From assembly GCA_017934975.1 (NCBI GenBank), contig JAGBIM010000026.1, positions 32,457 through 96,456 on the forward strand: a stretch of DNA of 64,000 nucleotides, written 5' to 3'. Positions 20,368 through 29,774 of the stretch are shown in pieces; the first letter of the stretch is position 1; every line of letters starts with the position of its first letter. The notes beneath the pieces are model-generated. The model searched no databases and was not told where the DNA came from. It saw nothing but the letters and a program-made list of their open reading frames with translations. The position numbers and the translations under genes were made by a program. Source of the DNA: Clostridia bacterium. GTDB taxonomy: Bacteria > Bacillota > Clostridia > Oscillospirales > UBA644.

Positions 20368-22752
20368 TTATTCTTGGTTTTCCGATTCGGTTACGTCGGG
20401 CTTCTTTTTACGAAGCAGGAAGAAGGCCGTAACACCACCTGCTGCAAGAACCACGGCCACGGCACCGATCACGATCCAGAGGACGGCAGAACCGTCATCC
20501 TCATTCAGGACGGGTTCTTCCTCCGTCTCGGTTTCGGTTTCGATGGGAAGATCCGTGATCACGGGAGGCTTCTCTTCGGGAACGTAAGGCTCATCCTTGA
20601 CATTTGCCCGTGCGGAAACGGCAAAGGGAGTCAACGCGGGCAGCAGACAGGACATGGTGCCGTCTTCCGAGACCGCAAGATCGGTCATGTGAAGCACTCC
20701 GTCCTTGTCCAGATAATACACCGCAGGCTCCAGATCACTCGTATTGGGGCCGAACTGATCCCGCAACGCAGGAATGGTGATCTTGACGAACTCGTTCAGT
20801 TCCTGCTCCTGCGAACCCTGCTTCAGGATAAAGTTGTAGCCAACGAACTGCTTGACCACGGGATCCAGCGCCGTTTTCAGTGCCTTGTATTCCCCGTCGG
20901 ATTCCGCCAGCGTGCGCACGTTCAGCTTTGCCCCTTCGGGGAGCTTGTTGGCCGTCAGCACGTTACTGAAGGACTGCAACGTGGCCGTTCCGGTGAAGTT
21001 GTATTTTCCGATACCTTGCGTGCTGTCGTAATGCACCTTGTCGTTCAGCTCGGTGGTAACGAGGAATTCTGCGTTGACGTCGGGCTTCTCTTCCGGCGTG
21101 TCAGGGTCGGGGGTGGCGTCGGGGTTGGTATTGGGCGTCATATCCCGCATAACCGTCCAGGATTTGAGGGCCTTCCCCGCAAAGGTTTCCCCGTAGTTCT
21201 TCATTTCGAAGACAATGCGGTCCTGATATACGTAGATCATCAGTCCCTGCACCACTTTGGGATCCCGTTCGGTCAACCAGCCACTATCGATGGAATTGTT
21301 GTAATAGGACATGGAGCCCATGAATGCGGTGATAAAGGAGGTGGGTACCACGTTGCGATCGTTAACGGGTTTTCCCTGCTTGTTATAAGAGGTAATCCGT
21401 TCAAAAGTATCGTCGTTGATATACACGTGATCGGAGCCCCCGTGGTTATGCCCGTAGAGCATAATGGTGTTGGGGTAGCTGCGCAGAAGGTTGGTCAGAT
21501 TGGTGTAGGAAGAGCCGCTGGTACCGTAAGAGGGGGTGGAAATATTGCGGCTGTCGGTCAGGGGATAATGGGTCAGAATAAAGGTGGTCTTATCCTTTCC
21601 GATGGCCTTCATACGGTTCTTCAGCCAGGTCAGCGTTCCCGTGGAATAGGTCTGGGACTGCTGATAGGGCGCGTTGAGGACGATAAAATCAAATCCGTCG
21701 ATGTTGAAATGCATTCCCAGAACGAACTCGGGATAGCGTTGATCGGAGGCAAGGGTCTTATCGTCCTTCTGACGGTACACGCTCAAGGGCTCGCCGCAGG
21801 AATCCACCATGATGGATTCGTAGTCGGCGTACGCGTCGTAGCCTTCCTCTTCCCCGGCCTGATAATCGTGGTTCCCGCAGGCCCAGAGGGAGCGGCCGCT
21901 TTCCGTGGCGTCCTCGCCCAGCTCACGATATTTCTCAATCACCTTGGAAAAGGTTGCGTAGGTCCAACCGCCCTTATCGGAGGTTTTTCCGTTGTCGGAG
22001 GTGTTATCGCCACCGGAAAGAAGAATGTCCGCATTCTCGTTCTTGGCAATGGCGTTCACCGAGTCGATGATCGACTGGCGCACGTAAGGATCCTTGCCCT
22101 GCAGACCGTAGTCGGTGTGCAGATCGGAGATGCAGGCGATGGTGAAGACGGGATCCCCCGTCACGGGAGGAATGACCAATTCGGGAGCGGGATCTTCCTT
22201 CGTCTCCGTGATCATCCCGTAGAGATAGAATTCATGGCTTGCGGTTCCCGTTCCGCACTGGAAGCGGGACTCGTTCATGCTGCTGTTGGTAAAGCGAATG
22301 TACCAGTTTTTCCCGCCTTCGTTGACGAAGAAGCGGCATTTTCCGCCCACGAACTCGTAGTTCAGATTCATCTTGGCGCCGTAACCGATGTAATCGGCGC
22401 GCATATTGACGTACCCCTCGTCTCCGAGAGATTCGTTCTGAAGAGTGCACTGGGTGTCGGAGACCTTGGTGATCTTCCACACGTCGGCCGAATCGTGATT
22501 ATTCTCGTCAAAGGGAGCGAACAGGAATCCGGGATTGACCGCCGTATCGTGCTTTACGTAGTAAGGTCCCGCAGCCATTCCCGTGGGCTCTACCGTAGGC
22601 ACGACGAGGGTGAAATTTCCCGAAACCAGTTCTTCAGCTTTTCCGTATTTGGTCTCCGTGGTAGCAGCAGAAAAGGAGAATAAACCGGAAAACAGACCTA
22701 AAACCAGTGCGAAAGAGAGGAACAGAGACAAAAGTTTTTTATTGTGAACCAT
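20368..22752 (-). CDS. Secreted metallophosphoesterase MPE1: signal peptide, lectin-like N-domain, calcineurin-like phosphoesterase, extra C-domain, C-terminal TM anchor
   Basis: Metallophos motifs ISDLHTDY, SGGDNTSD, CGNHDYQ, THYPL, GHNHGG. N-terminal signal MVHNKKLLSLFLSFALVLGLF. C-terminal LWIVIGAVAVVLAAGGVTAFFLLRKKK. Confidence 0.8.
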   Translation of the reverse strand: MVHNKKLLSLFLSFALVLGLFSGLFSFSAATTETKYGKAEELVSGNFTLVVPTVEPTGMAAGPYYVKHDTAVNPGFLFAPFDENNHDSADVWKITKVSDTQCTLQNESLGDEGYVNMRADYIGYGAKMNLNYEFVGGKCRFFVNEGGKNWYIRFTNSSMNESRFQCGTGTASHEFYLYGMITETKEDPAPELVIPPVTGDPVFTIACISDLHTDYGLQGKDPYVRQSIIDSVNAIAKNENADILLSGGDNTSDNGKTSDKGGWTYATFSKVIEKYRELGEDATESGRSLWACGNHDYQAGEEEGYDAYADYESIMVDSCGEPLSVYRQKDDKTLASDQRYPEFVLGMHFNIDGFDFIVLNAPYQQSQTYSTGTLTWLKNRMKAIGKDKTTFILTHYPLTDSRNISTPSYGTSGSSYTNLTNLLRSYPNTIMLYGHNHGGSDHVYINDDTFERITSYNKQGKPVNDRNVVPTSFITAFMGSMSYYNNSIDSGWLTERDPKVVQGLMIYVYQDRIVFEMKNYGETFAGKALKSWTVMRDMTPNTNPDATPDPDTPEEKPDVNAEFLVTTELNDKVHYDSTQGIGKYNFTGTATLQSFSNVLTANKLPEGAKLNVRTLAESDGEYKALKTALDPVVKQFVGYNFILKQGSQEQELNEFVKITIPALRDQFGPNTSDLEPAVYYLDKDGVLHMTDLAVSEDGTMSCLLPALTPFAVSARANVKDEPYVPEEKPPVITDLPIETETETEEEPVLNEDDGSAVLWIVIGAVAVVLAAGGVTAFFLLRKKKPDVTESENQE

Positions 22753-22785
22753 AAAAGTTCTCCTTACAAATGATTTTCTGAGGAA

Positions 22786-24354
22786 TTATTTCTTTTTCTT
22801 CACGAGAACGGCAACCGCAACCCCTGCCCCGATCACAATAACTCCGACCACGCAAAGAACGATGATCAGAACCGTGCCGGCAGAGCCCTTCTTCACCACG
22901 TCACCGTCGTCGGTGCCCGAGGTGGTAGTATCGGTGTCTTCCCGGTCCTCCACATCCTCAGGGGGAACAACGGGAATCTCTTCGGAAGGCACGTTGGAGG
23001 GCACGTTCACGTCGCCGCCCGTAGAAGGATTGACGGGAGCGGAGGGAACGTCGGAAACGGAGCCGCTGTCGGTGATGGGAGTGTCCACAGAGTCGGTCAC
23101 GTCGCTGGTCTTATCGGGGGAATCCCCGGTGAGAGTCAGGGTCAGAGTGTTCGTGGCAGGCTTATTACTGTTCACACTGTCCAGAACGCCTTCGGTTTCA
23201 GGCAGACCGAACTGGGCGGCCATATTCCGTGCGATGGTCAAAGCGCCGATCTCCCGCTTTCCGCCGGGGGGCGTCTGTTCCCCCGTATTGTGCACCCGGA
23301 AAGAGATACGATTGGCATAAACGTCCACCGCAACAAACTGACAGACTACCGGATCCTCTATGGACAAGGAGCCGGGCTGGAGTGTATTTTCATAATACGC
23401 CATTGAGCCCATATGAGCGGCAACGATCCCGGTGTTCGAAAAGATTCCCTTTGCTACCTGGGTCGATTTCCCTTCGGGCTTCACAAGTTCGCTGGTATTG
23501 TTCTTTGCCCAATAAAGGTTTCCGCTGTGCACGTGGCCGTAACAGTAAATGATATTGGGATATTGAGAGAAGAGTTTATTCAGATCGACCTGACACTGAC
23601 TTGCAGAGGTTTTCGCAGGGGTATCCATCGTACCGATGCTCGTTTTGGGATAATGGCAGAGCAGGAACACGGTCTTGCTCTTCCCGATCTTTTTCATTTC
23701 CGCAGTCAGCCAGGCGGTCTGCTCCGCACAAAGGCTTTCGTTACCCTCCACCCCCAGATAGGGAGTGTTCAAGCCGATAAATTCCATGCCGTTGATGGTA
23801 TAACGGTAGCAAAGCAATTCGTTATAAGGGCTGAGTCCCTTTTTGACATCATCGGCATAGAGGGCGGAAACGAATTTCCCAACCTTGCTCTTCATAATGT
23901 TACCGTAGTCCCCGGAAAAGTCTCCGCCGGCAGGCGTCTTTACGATCAAGCTGGGGTCCGCATCGTGATTCCCCGATACGAACAGGACCTTTCCGTCCTT
24001 ACTTGCCTTTGCGAGCGTTTCGTAAATGGAATTTTTGGTGCGGGTGACCGCCGCCTGATTCTTCCAGTATCCCCGTCCGCCGGACATATCGCCGCCAACG
24101 AGGACCACGTCAAACCCCTTATTGTCGGTCAACTCTTTGGCATACTGAACGGACTTTGCCGTAGCGGGACGCATGGGCTTCTCGTTTTTCTGCAGACCGT
24201 ATTCCACGTGCAGGTCGGAAAACAGTGCGATCCGCATAATGGGCTCGTCAGAAGCCGCATCAGCCGTCACGGGGGACAGAGCGAAAAACGCCCCGACCCC
24301 GAAAACCGCCGCAAGGATGAAAACCAAAAGAGTTTTTGTAAGATTCCGTTTCAT
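22786..24354 (-). CDS. Secreted metallophosphoesterase MPE2: signal peptide, phosphoesterase, S/T/D/P linker, C-terminal TM anchor
   Basis: FSDLHVEY, VGGDMSGG, SGNHDAD, CHYP, GHVHSG. The tail is VLIIVLCVVGVIVIGAGVAVAVLVKKKK. Confidence 0.8.
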   Translation of the reverse strand: MKRNLTKTLLVFILAAVFGVGAFFALSPVTADAASDEPIMRIALFSDLHVEYGLQKNEKPMRPATAKSVQYAKELTDNKGFDVVLVGGDMSGGRGYWKNQAAVTRTKNSIYETLAKASKDGKVLFVSGNHDADPSLIVKTPAGGDFSGDYGNIMKSKVGKFVSALYADDVKKGLSPYNELLCYRYTINGMEFIGLNTPYLGVEGNESLCAEQTAWLTAEMKKIGKSKTVFLLCHYPKTSIGTMDTPAKTSASQCQVDLNKLFSQYPNIIYCYGHVHSGNLYWAKNNTSELVKPEGKSTQVAKGIFSNTGIVAAHMGSMAYYENTLQPGSLSIEDPVVCQFVAVDVYANRISFRVHNTGEQTPPGGKREIGALTIARNMAAQFGLPETEGVLDSVNSNKPATNTLTLTLTGDSPDKTSDVTDSVDTPITDSGSVSDVPSAPVNPSTGGDVNVPSNVPSEEIPVVPPEDVEDREDTDTTTSGTDDGDVVKKGSAGTVLIIVLCVVGVIVIGAGVAVAVLVKKKK

Positions 24355-24383
24355 CGATCATCCCCCTCGATCAATTTATGGAT

Positions 24384-25925
24384 TTATTTCTTTTTCTTCA
24401 CGAGAACGGCAACCGCAACCCCTGCCCCGATCACGACCGCGCCGACCACGCAAAGAACGATGATCAGAACCGTGCCGGCAGAGCCGTCCTTCACCGCGTC
24501 ACCGTCGTCGGTACCCGAAGTGGTAGCGTCGGTTCCTTCCACGTCTGCCACGTCATCGGAGGGCGCCGCGGGAGTGTCTTCGGAAGGAACGTTCACGTCG
24601 CCGCCCGTAGAAGGAGCCACGGGGGTGGTGGGAACGTCGGAAACGGAACCGTCGTTGGTGATGGGAGTGTCCACGGAATCGGTCACGTCGCTGATTTGAT
24701 CGGAGGAATCCCCGGTGAGGGTCAGCGTGTTGGTATTCTTGGTGGTAATATATCCTTCTTCATCGGGAAGACCGAACTGAGCAGCCAGATTGCGATGAAC
24801 GGTGATGGGCTGGATTTCCTTCGTTCCGTTGGGGTGGTACTTGGCACCCGTATTGTGAGACTGGAATGTGATACGGTTTGCGTACAGATCCACCGTGAGG
24901 AACTGGCAGACCTGAGGATCTGCGGCAGACAGACTGCCGGGCTGGTATACGTTCTCGTAATAGCCCATGGAACCCATGTGGGTATAAATGATACCGGTGT
25001 TCTTATAAATTCCTTGGGCGGCAAGAGAGGTTCTGCCTTCCAGCTTCAGAATATCCAGCGTCTTGGTTTTTGCCCACCAGGTATCGCCGGAGTGAACGTG
25101 TCCGTAACAATAGATAATGTTGGGATACTGTGCCAGAACCTGCTTCATATCGCTGGAGCAAGTGTTGGAAGCGGCGTAAGTAGAAGGATTCGAAATGGTC
25201 TTCAAGGAATCCTTGGGATAGTGGCAGATCAGGAACGTGGTCTTATCCTTGCCGATCTTCGCCATTTCCTCCTTCAGCCACTGGGTCTGTTCCGCGTAAA
25301 AACCGCAAACCGTCGCCTGATTGGACACCCAGGGCGTGTTCACGCCGACGAATTCAATGCCGTTGATGGTGTAACGGTAGCAGAGCAATTCGTTGTAGGG
25401 ACTCTTTTCTCCGCCCTTCACGTCTTCCGCGTAAAGAGAAGAAACGAACTTACCTACGTTTTTCAGCATGTAAGAGCTGTAGTCCCCGGAATAGACGCCT
25501 CCTTTGGGCGTTTTTGCAGCGGCACTGGGTTCGGGGTCGTGGTTCCCCGTGACGAACAGGACCTTGCCGTCCTTGGTACCTTTTGCCATGAATTCATAAA
25601 CGGAATCCATAGTCTTGGGAATGTAAGACTGGGTCCAAGTGCCGCGGCCGCCGGACATATCGCCGCCAACCAGAACCACGTCAACGCCCTCATCGTCGGT
25701 CAACTGACGGAGGTACTGAACGGATTTTGCCGTAGACATACGCATGGGCTTATCGTTTTGCTGCAGATTGTATTCCACGTGCAGGTCGGAAAACAGTGCA
25801 ATCCGCATAATGGGCTCGTCGGAGGCCGCCTGCGCCGTGTCGGGAAGCAGGGCAAACATGGCACCGAGCCCGACGATGGCCATAAGCGCAACCGTCAAAA
25901 GGGTTTTTGTGAGATTGTGTTTCAT
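24384..25925 (-). CDS. Secreted metallophosphoesterase MPE3, close paralog of MPE2
   Basis: FSDLHVEY, VGGDMSGG, TGNHDPE, CHYP, GHVHSG. The tail VLIIVLCVVGAVVIGAGVAVAVLVKKKK is almost identical to the MPE2 tail. Confidence 0.8.
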   Translation of the reverse strand: MKHNLTKTLLTVALMAIVGLGAMFALLPDTAQAASDEPIMRIALFSDLHVEYNLQQNDKPMRMSTAKSVQYLRQLTDDEGVDVVLVGGDMSGGRGTWTQSYIPKTMDSVYEFMAKGTKDGKVLFVTGNHDPEPSAAAKTPKGGVYSGDYSSYMLKNVGKFVSSLYAEDVKGGEKSPYNELLCYRYTINGIEFVGVNTPWVSNQATVCGFYAEQTQWLKEEMAKIGKDKTTFLICHYPKDSLKTISNPSTYAASNTCSSDMKQVLAQYPNIIYCYGHVHSGDTWWAKTKTLDILKLEGRTSLAAQGIYKNTGIIYTHMGSMGYYENVYQPGSLSAADPQVCQFLTVDLYANRITFQSHNTGAKYHPNGTKEIQPITVHRNLAAQFGLPDEEGYITTKNTNTLTLTGDSSDQISDVTDSVDTPITNDGSVSDVPTTPVAPSTGGDVNVPSEDTPAAPSDDVADVEGTDATTSGTDDGDAVKDGSAGTVLIIVLCVVGAVVIGAGVAVAVLVKKKK

Positions 25926-25973
25926 AGATTTTCTCCTTTTATCATACGCATCGAAATGCGAATTTTTACAAAG

Positions 25974-28028
25974 TTATTTCCGCTTCTTGCGGAGCAGGAA
26001 CCAGAGCAACGAGCCTCCGCCCGCCGCAACCAAAACGCCGCCGCCGATCAGCAGGGGCAGGAGCAGGGAGGAGGATTCGTCCCCGTCTCCGTTCCCGTCG
26101 GAATGCTTCGATCCGTCGGAAGACCCGTCCTCCGAGGATGCGGAATCGGGTTTGGGCTGAGAATCGGTATTTTCGCAGTTCCCGCTCTGGATTTCATTGG
26201 AATCCGTCACGGAATCCGTTCCCTCCGTGGGAAGATCGGAGGAAGGCCCGTCACTCGGGTCGGAATTGCTTCCGTCGGAGGAGCCGTTCCCTTGCGATCC
26301 GGAGGGGTTGCCTCCTTGAGAACCGGAGGAGTTGCCCCCTTGCGAGCCGGAGGACGTATCCTCCTCCTCGGAATCCCCAAAATACTCGTCCCAGTTGGTG
26401 GGGCCCTGTCCTTCGCTTCCGAACTGCGCCCGAAGATCCCGCATAACGGTGAAGGAGGTAATATCGTAAACTCCCTCCACGGCGGATTTTACACCGTGAT
26501 TGTAGTACTTGAAGGTGATGTGGTCTTCGTAAAAATCAATCATCAGATTCTGATTGATCATGGGTTCCGCCGCGGTCAACCAGCCGCTTTGGAACTGGGT
26601 GTTGTAATAGGCCATGGAGCCCATGTGAGCCGTAATATAGCCTTCGGTCTCGTAGGCGTTGTTCTCCAGGCGGGTCCGATTCCCGTCGTTGAGAATCAAT
26701 TCCGAGGTGTTGTACCAGGCGTAATAACTGTCCGAGCCGTGAACGTGTCCGTAACAGTAAATCACGTTGGGATACTTCTTGAGCACTTCCTGCATGTATT
26801 GGGTGGTGTAATTTTCTCCCGCCTGATCGGGAATCATATTCACGGGATAATGGCACAGGACGACAACCGTACGGTCTTTTCCGATCTCGTCCAACTGTTC
26901 GTCCAACCACGTAATCTGGCCGCGGAAGAGTCCGCCGTCCACTTTCCCCGTGCGGTAGGGGGTGTTGATTCCGATAAAGTCAATGCCGCTGATCCGATAA
27001 CGGTATCCGAGCAGCTCGTTGTATTTCCCGTAGGAAGGGTTCAGATCGTTCTGATAAAGCACCGCGTCGTAAGAACCGACGGCTCCGGTCATGTACCGTT
27101 CGTAATCCGCAGAGTTGTACACGTCACCGTCCTTGGACATGGTGCCCGCCTCGTAGTCGTGGTTCCCCGCAACCAGAAGGACCTTTCCGTCCTTCGAGGC
27201 CATGCTCATGGTGTCGTACACCGCTTGCTGGGCGCTTTTAATCCGTGCGGTGTTCCAGTAGTTTTTGTTATAGTCGTTGTTGCTGAGGATGTCTCCCCCC
27301 ACGAGAACCACGTGGGCTCCGCCCAAATTTTCCTGAACGTATTGCGCAGCCTTGATGGTGCCGGTGCGGATGGGCGTGGCGTTGCCCTGAATGCCGTAGT
27401 CCACGTGCAGGTCGGAGAAGCAGGCCACGGAGAAATAGGGGCTTCCCGATTCTTCAAACTCCTCTACGGTTTCTCCTTTCCGATAAATGCGGAATTCGTT
27501 GCTGTTGGTTCCCGTGCTGGCCTCCCAGCAAGAGCCCTCGGTCTTGTGATAGGTGGTGGTGAACCGAACGTAATAGGTGGCGCCGCCCAGGTTCGCGGTA
27601 ATCTTCAGATTCCCGCTTTGAATCACGGCGTTCAGCGCCATGGGAGAATCCTCCAGCGTGGCAAAGCCCTTTCCGTTCGCTCCGGGTGCCATGTTCAGAT
27701 ATTTCCCGTTGGCTTCGGATTTGAAATAAAACTTTCCGCCCCCTGCGGACTCCACCTTCCACAGAAATTCCTTCGGGACCGTTCCCGAAGGACGGTTTGC
27801 ATACGCAAGGCCGTGCTGGTTGGCCGAAACGCTCTTCAGCACGCAGGCCCCGAAGTTTTTCTGCGCCCCGTCGGTAATGGAGCCGGCGTAAACGAACAGA
27901 TAGGTTTCGCCGTCTTCAATGGCGGTATCCGCAACCCAGACGTCTGCGCCTTGGGTAGCCAAAGGGACGGCCGCAAACACCGACAGCAGAAGCAGGGTCA
28001 GAACGAGTTTGGTAATGGTTTTTTTCAT
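25974..28028 (-). CDS. Secreted metallophosphoesterase MPE4: signal peptide, lectin-like N-domain, phosphoesterase, G/S/N low-complexity linker, C-terminal TM anchor
   Basis: ORF trimmed to ATG 28028 (MKKTITKLVL). FSDLHVDY, VGGDILSN, AGNHDYE, CHYPV, GHVHGS. The tail is LLLPLLIGGGVLVAAGGGSLLWFLLRKKRK. Confidence 0.8.
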   Translation of the reverse strand: MKKTITKLVLTLLLLSVFAAVPLATQGADVWVADTAIEDGETYLFVYAGSITDGAQKNFGACVLKSVSANQHGLAYANRPSGTVPKEFLWKVESAGGGKFYFKSEANGKYLNMAPGANGKGFATLEDSPMALNAVIQSGNLKITANLGGATYYVRFTTTYHKTEGSCWEASTGTNSNEFRIYRKGETVEEFEESGSPYFSVACFSDLHVDYGIQGNATPIRTGTIKAAQYVQENLGGAHVVLVGGDILSNNDYNKNYWNTARIKSAQQAVYDTMSMASKDGKVLLVAGNHDYEAGTMSKDGDVYNSADYERYMTGAVGSYDAVLYQNDLNPSYGKYNELLGYRYRISGIDFIGINTPYRTGKVDGGLFRGQITWLDEQLDEIGKDRTVVVLCHYPVNMIPDQAGENYTTQYMQEVLKKYPNVIYCYGHVHGSDSYYAWYNTSELILNDGNRTRLENNAYETEGYITAHMGSMAYYNTQFQSGWLTAAEPMINQNLMIDFYEDHITFKYYNHGVKSAVEGVYDITSFTVMRDLRAQFGSEGQGPTNWDEYFGDSEEEDTSSGSQGGNSSGSQGGNPSGSQGNGSSDGSNSDPSDGPSSDLPTEGTDSVTDSNEIQSGNCENTDSQPKPDSASSEDGSSDGSKHSDGNGDGDESSSLLLPLLIGGGVLVAAGGGSLLWFLLRKKRK

Positions 28029-28054
28029 AAATACCCCCAAAGGTAAAGTTTATA

Positions 28055-29737
28055 TCAGGACACTCCCCGCAAAATCAGGGAAACGTCCGTGGCGTTCAAC
28101 ACCCCGTCACCGTTGATGTCCCCCCGACTTTTTTGTCCGTCGGTCAGGGTCACGCGGGAGGTGAGATATTGCATCAGAAGGCGCGCGTCGTAGGCGGTCA
28201 GCCGCCCGTTCCCGTCCGTATCCCCCGCAAGAGGTTGGGAGGACGAGATCTCGGCGCTGCGCAGGAAGGGAATTCCGAAAGAGGCGTCCATGCGCCAGAT
28301 CTGCTGAAAATCAAAACCGATATAAGAAGCAGGATCGGAGAGTTGATCCCCCGAAACAGGGGAAGCAAAGCCCTCCCGCAGGCCCGCCCGATAATAGCAT
28401 TGGGTCACGGACACGGTTCCCGTCTCCGAGAAAGGCGCGCTCATCCCCACCGCCGCTCCGTCGGCCAGGGGGCATTCCGCGAACACGTCGCAGGAAGAAA
28501 AACAGAGGGACAGAACCGAAGCCCCCGTTCCGCCGTTGAATCCGCAGATTCCGCCGGAAAAACGGGAAGGATCGCCGTTCAGAGCCCCCGAAAGGGTAAT
28601 GGATCCGTCGGCGTGGCAATTTTCAACGGTTGCCGTTCCCAATTCCCCGCGATTTGTTCCGCAGATCCCGCCCACGTACAGCGGATCCGCCACCGCAGAG
28701 AGACGCAGGAAGGAGGAACAGCGCAAGACGGAGGAATTTTCCGTTTCCGCGATCTGATCCCCCACGATGCCGCCCACCGAAGCACAAGCCGCCGTCACGA
28801 AAAGGGAGCCGAAGGACACGCAATCACGCACCGCGCAATCGCCGCAGGAAGAAAGAAGTCCCACGATGCCGCCCGCCCGCAGGTCCGCAGACGCGCAGGA
28901 CACCGTCCAATCGGCGCGGAAGGAACAACCGTCTATGGAAAGGGAATTCCGTCCGCCCCGTCCCACGATGCCGCCCAGGCAGCCTCCCGCGGAAAGGGAG
29001 AGAGAAAGAGCCGATTCGGAGCCGCAATCGGAAAGGATTCCCGCTCCGTCGAAGACGCCGACCGTACCCCCAACGGAAGCGGCGACACCCGAGAAGGACA
29101 AGGTCCCCGAGGACTCGCAGGAAGCAATGCGGATATCCGCGCCGTAAGCGCCGCCCGCAATGCCGCCGAGAAAAATTTCATCTTCTCCGGAAGAAGAGCC
29201 CGTTACGGTGCAGACGGCGGTGCAATTCTCCACCGTCACGTCTTCTCCCGAAATCTGTCCCACCACGCCGCCGCCCCATTGGGAAGCGGTCACGGTGCCC
29301 CGCACCGCGCAATCGGAAATTTCCCCTTGGCTGATTTTGCCGCAGAGAAGACCCGCAAGGGGGCCGGAGCTTGAACCCGAAAGGGAAAGATTTTTCACTC
29401 TGCCGCCGCAGAGATAATTGAACAGTCCGCAGGCGGAGGAAGACGCGTTTTCCGCGGTCATGCCGTAAATCGAATGATCGTTTCCGTCCAGAACGCCCGA
29501 AAAAGGAAGATCCTCGGAGCAAAGCCCCGGCCAGGCCTTTCCCGTCAGATCGATATCGTTCATCAATATGTACTGCCCGTCGGGCTTCAGAGGAATCGAC
29601 TCCAGATCGGAGCGGCTATAGATTCCCGTCCATCCTTCGGGAGGAAGCTCGGGGGCGGCCCGTCCGCCCTGGGGCAGGAAGAGAAACAAAAAAACTGCGG
29701 CTAAAAGGACCTGCGCAAGAACAACGTGACGTTTCAC
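28055..29737 (-). CDS. Secreted beta-helix protein with GLUG-type repeats and a C-terminal type-I dockerin
   Basis: GTG start at 29737, 5 nt after the RBS aaaggagg. Signal VKRHVVLAQVLLAAVFLFLFL. DIDLTGKAWPG...FSGVLDGNDHSIYGM. Repeated GG(I/V)(A/V/C)G units. C-terminal GDTDGNGRLTAYDARLL...GDINGDGVLNATDVSLIL. Confidence 0.7.
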   Translation of the reverse strand: MKRHVVLAQVLLAAVFLFLFLPQGGRAAPELPPEGWTGIYSRSDLESIPLKPDGQYILMNDIDLTGKAWPGLCSEDLPFSGVLDGNDHSIYGMTAENASSSACGLFNYLCGGRVKNLSLSGSSSGPLAGLLCGKISQGEISDCAVRGTVTASQWGGGVVGQISGEDVTVENCTAVCTVTGSSSGEDEIFLGGIAGGAYGADIRIASCESSGTLSFSGVAASVGGTVGVFDGAGILSDCGSESALSLSLSAGGCLGGIVGRGGRNSLSIDGCSFRADWTVSCASADLRAGGIVGLLSSCGDCAVRDCVSFGSLFVTAACASVGGIVGDQIAETENSSVLRCSSFLRLSAVADPLYVGGICGTNRGELGTATVENCHADGSITLSGALNGDPSRFSGGICGFNGGTGASVLSLCFSSCDVFAECPLADGAAVGMSAPFSETGTVSVTQCYYRAGLREGFASPVSGDQLSDPASYIGFDFQQIWRMDASFGIPFLRSAEISSSQPLAGDTDGNGRLTAYDARLLMQYLTSRVTLTDGQKSRGDINGDGVLNATDVSLILRGVS

Positions 29738-29774
29738 CGGCAACCTCCTTTTCCGCAGTACATAGTATATATAA

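Noticed and set aside
24378-28046. A 1222-aa open frame on the plus strand, spanning the antisense of MPE3, an intergenic gap and MPE4. Similar very long antisense ORFs occur at 20020-22683, 11770-14163, 7418-9208, 46496-48772, 48441-50183, 55067-57664, 58173-59906 and 59964-61667.
   Set aside because: Each one lies exactly opposite a gene with clear family motifs. The translations are low-complexity (G/R/V/H-rich) with no recognisable domains, RBS or promoter. Such frames are expected when the sense strand avoids the codons TTA/CTA/TCA, so this is a compositional artefact and not overlapping genes.
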